Source of the DNA: an uncultured virus (IMG/VR IMGVR_UViG_3300027730_000821)
Taxonomy: Duplodnaviria > Heunggongvirae > Uroviricota > Caudoviricetes
Reading direction: 5' to 3' (one strand)
IMG/VR virus record: IMGVR_UViG_3300027730_000821
Location: 52,535 to 72,534 of that record
DNA length: 20,000 bases
Part shown: one piece after another, positions 15,961 through 20,000 of the stretch
Position numbering within the stretch: position 1 is the first letter of the stretch
Layout: every line of letters begins with the position of its first letter
Made by a program: the position numbers and the translations under genes
Notes under the pieces: model-generated
What the model was told of the DNA's origin: nothing
The model's input: the letters and a program-made list of their open reading frames with translations, nothing else
The model's database searches: none

Positions 15961-17508
15961 ATGCGTGATCTTCTTGATAAAATTGAAACTCTAGCCGAAA
16001 GTACTGGCCTTGCTGGTAGGAAAGCCGGTGCTGTATTTCGTAATTCAGCCGGCGAAGAAATCATATTTGACAAACTTGAGTTCTTTCCAGAAAAAATCGG
16101 AAGATATACTCCTGAACAATTAGATCATGTGTTGTTAGATATCAATAGTCAGACTGATCATAATATTCAATGGATGAATACTCGCACTATTAGAATGGGA
16201 GGATTTGCGCTCGCTACGTTCACCGGTACAGACGGTCCTTTGTATTTCGGTAGATATCTAGAACAGATCAAGCCAAATTTCACAGACAACTATGTTCCCA
16301 ATTTAGTAGGAGACTATAAATTAGCTAGCAAATCGGCTGAGAAGGCTCAAGCTGGCTTGAGCCCTCAGGATCTATTGACAAATAAAAATGATTTGACTGC
16401 TAACGACATCCTTAAGCAATTGGCCGAGAAATTGGGTACCGATAATATATTATATGACGTTACATACCGATTAGTAGCAGGTGAACCCCTTCCGATGACG
16501 TTTGACGCACCCGAGAATCTTAGCTTCTCTGCATTTAGAGATTATTTTTGTGAGATATTGCAGCCGATCGCATTGCAGATGGGGCAATACGAAGGTAATG
16601 CAGGAGAAGCTGCTGAAATTTTTCTAAATGGAAATTTTAAAAACACCCTTATCTCGTTTGATTCTACGAAAACTGCTGGACTAAGCGATAGCATCATGAC
16701 CAGTGATGAAGGCAAGTCGATCAAGGTCAGTACTAAAGGTGGCAAAGGAGCTACTGCGAGTACGACTAATCTAATCAACAGCGTTGACGAATTATCTCAG
16801 ACTGAAGGGGGCAATAAATTACGTGAAAAATATGCTGACACGATTGAGATTATACGCGAGATAAAACGTCGGGGCCAAGCACTCGCGCCTATCTATTTGG
16901 GACTGAAATTTGACATCATCGATGAAACAGATGCTAGGATGATATTATCACTCAAGAATGATAGTCCTTTGACAATGAGTGAATTAGATAATCTCGGGTT
17001 ATCTGACAATCTGCTAAAGCTAGCACAGACCAGAAAATCATTGGATAGAGACAAAGTTAATTTTTACTATCTCTTGCTTGCTGCTGTAGCCCATAAAGCA
17101 GCAGAGGAAGTCAACGAGAAAACTGACTTCAGCAAAGCTGCGGCAGACATCCTCAATCAAGGGGCGTTGATTCAGGTTTATACTAAAGCTAAAGAAAGCA
17201 AAGGTCAATGGACTCTTGACGAATTCAACACAGTCTACCCAGGTGATAGTATCAAGGGTGTTTATCTTTCGGCAAGCAAGACATATTACAGTACAGGCAT
17301 CAAGGGAAACTTCACATTTAAGATCGACAGCGGCAAGGGCGTAGCCAAAGATCAACCTATTATAGATGCCGAGATAGGTAGAGAAAAGCGTATTCCCACT
17401 TCATCTGAGTTTACCAAACAAGCAGCCGACATTGCCCTTGGTAGAAAAAAGCCAAAAGAAAAGCGCATATCTACTATGGGAAATGTTGGACGTTCATTAC
17501 GAAAGTAA
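15961..17508 (+). CDS. Large late hypothetical protein, possibly virion-associated, with a possible PD-(D/E)xK-like motif
   Basis: 515 aa; TAAATA 15951-15956 directly upstream; N-terminus MRDLLDKIETLAES; GLSDSIM....SIKVSTKGG. Confidence 0.7.
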   Translation: MRDLLDKIETLAESTGLAGRKAGAVFRNSAGEEIIFDKLEFFPEKIGRYTPEQLDHVLLDINSQTDHNIQWMNTRTIRMGGFALATFTGTDGPLYFGRYLEQIKPNFTDNYVPNLVGDYKLASKSAEKAQAGLSPQDLLTNKNDLTANDILKQLAEKLGTDNILYDVTYRLVAGEPLPMTFDAPENLSFSAFRDYFCEILQPIALQMGQYEGNAGEAAEIFLNGNFKNTLISFDSTKTAGLSDSIMTSDEGKSIKVSTKGGKGATASTTNLINSVDELSQTEGGNKLREKYADTIEIIREIKRRGQALAPIYLGLKFDIIDETDARMILSLKNDSPLTMSELDNLGLSDNLLKLAQTRKSLDRDKVNFYYLLLAAVAHKAAEEVNEKTDFSKAAADILNQGALIQVYTKAKESKGQWTLDEFNTVYPGDSIKGVYLSASKTYYSTGIKGNFTFKIDSGKGVAKDQPIIDAEIGREKRIPTSSEFTKQAADIALGRKKPKEKRISTMGNVGRSLRK

Positions 17509-17534
17509 TAACACTTTTGTTTATCCCAAAGTCA

Positions 17535-17563
17535 TTGACATTGTGGTTGCGATGAAGTAACAT
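17535..17563 (+). promoter_or_regulatory. sigma70-like promoter of clpP
   Basis: TTGACA, 17 bp, TAACAT. Confidence 0.6.
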
Positions 17564-17595
17564 ACACTTACATTAACAATGAAGGTAAAAAAAAT

Positions 17596-18180
17596 ATGTC
17601 TAACTTAGTTCCAATGGTAATCGAACAGTCCAGTCGTGGCGAAAGAGTAATGGATATCTACAGTCGATTACTAAAGGACCGGGTGATTCTTTTAGAGGGG
17701 GAAGTCAATGATTATATGGCTAATCTCATCGTTGCGCAATTGCTCTATCTTGAATCAGAAAATCCCTCCGCCGACATCTCACTTTACATCAACAGCCCAG
17801 GTGGTTCGGTGACTGCTGGATTAGCTATTCTTGATGCTATGCAATTTGTCAAGTCAGACATTTCTACTATCGCAATCGGAAGTGTCTGTTCAATGGGATC
17901 ACTTCTAGCAAGTTCCGGCACCAAAGGAAAGAGATTCATTCTTCCTAGGGCTCGCCACATGGTGCACTCTGTGTCCGGCGGTTCTCGTGGCACGATATGG
18001 GACGCTGAAATTCAAATGGAAGAAATGGTTCGATTGAATAATCTTCTCACTGAGATTTATGCAACTAATACTGGCAAGACCGTCGAAGAACTTAAGATTG
18101 CTATGGCACGTGACAACTATATGGACGCTCAAGCATCTGTCGAGTTTGGACTAGCGGATAAGGTTCTTGTTTCTCGATAA
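17596..18180 (+). CDS. clpP: ATP-dependent Clp protease proteolytic subunit ClpP
   Basis: [25 protein letters not shown] and [12 protein letters not shown]; catalytic Ser (CSMGS), His (MVHSV) and Asp (RDNYM). Confidence 0.97.
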   Translation: MSNLVPMVIEQSSRGERVMDIYSRLLKDRVILLEGEVNDYMANLIVAQLLYLESENPSADISLYINSPGGSVTAGLAILDAMQFVKSDISTIAIGSVCSMGSLLASSGTKGKRFILPRARHMVHSVSGGSRGTIWDAEIQMEEMVRLNNLLTEIYATNTGKTVEELKIAMARDNYMDAQASVEFGLADKVLVSR

Positions 18181-18308
18181 AAGTGATATACCCATTAGTG
18201 TTATTTCGAGAAAAAGAATTAGCTAAAGTCAGCATTTCCTGAATTCTAATGGTTACTGATTTGGGCGGTAACCTGAACCAAAATAATTATTATTTTGGCA
18301 AAAAAAAG

Positions 18309-18337
18309 TTGACTTCGGCTATCTATTTTGCTATATT
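18309..18337 (+). promoter_or_regulatory. sigma70 promoter with A-tract UP element
   Basis: AAAAAAAAg-TTGACT, 17 bp, TGcTATATT. Confidence 0.75.
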
Positions 18338-18361
18338 AAATTATAAGCTGAGAAATAGGAA

Positions 18362-18730
18362 ATGATCATGAACTACGAACTGACCGATGAAACCATCGAA
18401 CATACCGGTACCACCCTGCATCGCATTCGTGCGCTTGTAGATATGCCTATTCATGATGTTAAGGCTGGTGATTTTGGTGGCTTTATCGAAAAATTCGAGA
18501 ACCTCCAAGAGAACGCTTGGGTCTCTGGCAATGCTAAGGTCTATGACGATGCTGTGGTCTCTGGCAATGCTAGGGTCTCTGGCAATGCTTGGGTCTTTGG
18601 CAATGCTTGGGTCTTTGGCAATGCTAGGGTCTCTGGCAATGCTTGGGTCTCTGGCTATGCTAGGGTCTCTGGCAATGCTAGGGTCTCTGGCAATGCTAGG
18701 GTCTCTGGCAATGCTTGGGTCTCTGAATAA
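18362..18730 (+). CDS. Phage hexapeptide-repeat (left-handed beta-helix) protein
   Basis: YELTDETI....TLHRIRALVD...VKAGDFGGFIE..ENL head followed by 12 NA[RW]V[SF]G repeats. Confidence 0.85.
   Translation: MIMNYELTDETIEHTGTTLHRIRALVDMPIHDVKAGDFGGFIEKFENLQENAWVSGNAKVYDDAVVSGNARVSGNAWVFGNAWVFGNARVSGNAWVSGYARVSGNARVSGNARVSGNAWVSE
18512..18727 (+). repeat. 18-bp tandem repeat, 12 copies
   Basis: Unit AATGCT(A/T)GGGTCT(C/T)TGGC, near-identical at the DNA level. Confidence 0.95.
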
Positions 18731-18733
18731 CAG

Positions 18734-18762
18734 TTGCTTTATTCTCATAAAGAGTCTATATT
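18734..18762 (+). promoter_or_regulatory. sigma70-like promoter
   Basis: TTGCTT, 17 bp, TATATT; shares CTATATTAAATTATA with the 18309 promoter. Confidence 0.7.
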
Positions 18763-18794
18763 AAATTATAGGATCAATTAAAGGAACTTATGAT

Positions 18795-19118
18795 ATGTCT
18801 CTGGATGTTTATCTGACTGCTGTTCGTCCCACAGAAGTGTACAGCCGTAATATCACCCACAATCTGAACAAGATGGCCGAAGCTGCGGGCATTTATATGC
18901 ATCTGTGGCGTCCCGAAGAAATTGGCATCGAAAAGGCCGAGCAACTGATCGCGCCGCTGACTGAGGGGCTGGAGAAGCTGAAGGCCGAACCTGAACACTA
19001 TAAGCAGTTCAATGCGCCTAACGGCTGGGGAATGTATGAGCATTTCGTTCCGTTCGTGGAGGACTATCTGGAGGCTTGTGTGGGTAATCCTGATGCCGAA
19101 GTCCGGGCGCATCGTTGA
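18795..19118 (+). CDS. Conserved phage hypothetical protein
   Basis: MSLDVYL...NITHNLNKMAEAAGIY..LWRPEE...NGWG; SD AAGGA. Confidence 0.85.
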   Translation: MSLDVYLTAVRPTEVYSRNITHNLNKMAEAAGIYMHLWRPEEIGIEKAEQLIAPLTEGLEKLKAEPEHYKQFNAPNGWGMYEHFVPFVEDYLEACVGNPDAEVRAHR

Positions 19119-19257
19119 TGGAGGCCATAATTAACTTTATTATCCGCAATTGTTTGAACGGTGGAATGGTTATCGCAATCCTAGTATTAGCGATAACCAT
19201 TTGGATCTCAATCAGCGCGCAATAAGTTTACTTTTTAATACTACGGAACAATACCTC

Positions 19258-19365
19258 ATGACCTTACTAGAAATCGTTCTTACCGTGATAACTATTGCTA
19301 TTCTTTTTGGCTTCTTTCATTGGGCTGATAGTCGCGGACAAGATGAATCTCAGGACAAAGAATAA
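19258..19365 (+). CDS. Small single-pass membrane peptide (35 aa)
   Basis: MTLLEIVLTVITIAILFGFFHWADSRGQDESQDKE; ATG after GGAAC. Confidence 0.55.
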   Translation: MTLLEIVLTVITIAILFGFFHWADSRGQDESQDKE

Positions 19366-19449
19366 TACTGTTGCTTTAATTCGGCGCGGCGTTGATATTT
19401 AACCTCTAAAAATAATTCGCTCTTAGTTGAAAAATAGGTGACATAAGTT

Positions 19450-20000
19450 ATGTTGAATATAGACCATCAAGCTGAGATGTGGGCGGTTCTCTGTGAACCG
19501 CCCGAGCAGTTCAACGACCTGATACGCCATTTCGATACAGTAGAATTCAAGAAAAAGTTCAACAGAACTTCGTTTACTTGGAATACTATCGATATAGATA
19601 TAGTGATGCGCAAGTTTCATATCGCATGTATCGAATATGCCTTAGCTAAGGCGAGAAAAGTACAACCAACTATTCTGCCTGATTACTGGCAACCGGTAGA
19701 AGATGCCTGTCGACAGGTCATCGATGCCTTGAATGGTAATGGTGATTTGGCTGCTGCTAGTGCTGCTAATGCTGCTGCTGATGCTGCTGCTAATGCTGCT
19801 GCTGCTGTTAATGCTGCTTATGCTGCTCGTGCTGCTGCTTATGCTGCTCGTGCTGCTGCTCGTGCTGCTTATGCTGCTGCTCGTGCTGCTGCTTATGCTG
19901 CTCGTGCTGCTGCTCGTGCTGCTTATGCTGCTGCTCGTGCTGCTGCTTATGCTGCTGCTGCTGATGCTGCTCGTGCTGCTGCTGCTGATGCTGCTCGGGC
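19450..20000 (+). CDS. Alanine-rich repeat protein, 3'-truncated by the window edge
   Basis: Open frame from ATG 19450 (SD AGGTG): MLNIDHQAEMWAVL...YWQPVEDACRQVIDALNGNGDLAAASAANAAA... with no stop before 20000. Confidence 0.75.
   Translation, partial: MLNIDHQAEMWAVLCEPPEQFNDLIRHFDTVEFKKKFNRTSFTWNTIDIDIVMRKFHIACIEYALAKARKVQPTILPDYWQPVEDACRQVIDALNGNGDLAAASAANAAADAAANAAAAVNAAYAARAAAYAARAAARAAYAAARAAAYAARAAARAAYAAARAAAYAAAADAARAAAADAAR
19750..20000 (+). repeat. (GCT)n-based coding repeat with a 54-bp higher-order unit
   Basis: GCT runs broken by TAT/CGT/GAT/AAT codons; AARAAAYAARAAARAAYA occurs about 2.5 times from 19822. Confidence 0.9.

Noticed and set aside
18512..18727. CRISPR array
   Set aside because: Head-to-tail 18-bp units with no spacers, in frame within a protein.
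18341..18764. Alternative-frame ORFs 18341-18748 (-) and 18453-18764 (+)
   Set aside because: Shadows of the stop-free 18-bp repeat; the 18362 frame has the promoter, SD and family-like head.
19750..20000. Diversity-generating retroelement variable region (codons look like AAT-derived NNT)
   Set aside because: No template repeat or reverse transcriptase in the window; trinucleotide slippage explains the pattern.
1..20000. Bacterial chromosome origin suggested by clpX, clpP, clpS and hsp20; tRNA or rRNA genes
   Set aside because: T4-like RNase H, ATP-dependent ligase, late boxes, homing endonucleases and dense small ORFs indicate a phage. No cloverleaf or rRNA-like segment was recognised.

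Overview
The window looks like part of a large T4-like or jumbo bacteriophage genome in the standard genetic code. It carries sigma70-type promoters (TTGACA-17-TATAAT) and T4-late-like TAAATA boxes. From left to right it holds the end of a UvsE UV-damage endonuclease, an antisense GIY-YIG/NUMOD3 homing endonuclease, two accessory nucleases, a T4-like RNase H (5'-3' exonuclease), several conserved hypotheticals and a phasin-like gene. The main feature is a 'fractured' ATP-dependent DNA ligase. It is split into two ORFs (7883-8707 and 9607-10569) at the catalytic KxDG|xR motif by a naturally split intein (106-aa IntN, 39-aa IntC). A free-standing Vsr-like endonuclease gene lies between the halves and carries a single in-frame TAG. 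Downstream is a phage-encoded protein-turnover cluster: a membrane coiled-coil protein, ClpX, Hsp20 with a ROSE-like leader, ClpS and ClpP. Within that cluster sit a degenerate metallophosphoesterase and a large late protein, and repeat-rich accessory genes follow. Non-coding signals include a recurrent TAAATA-N5-GTAG...CTAC 5' hairpin, probable leaderless late genes and a roughly 90-nt element bounded by 16-bp inverted repeats. All family calls come from motif recognition by eye; no searches were run.
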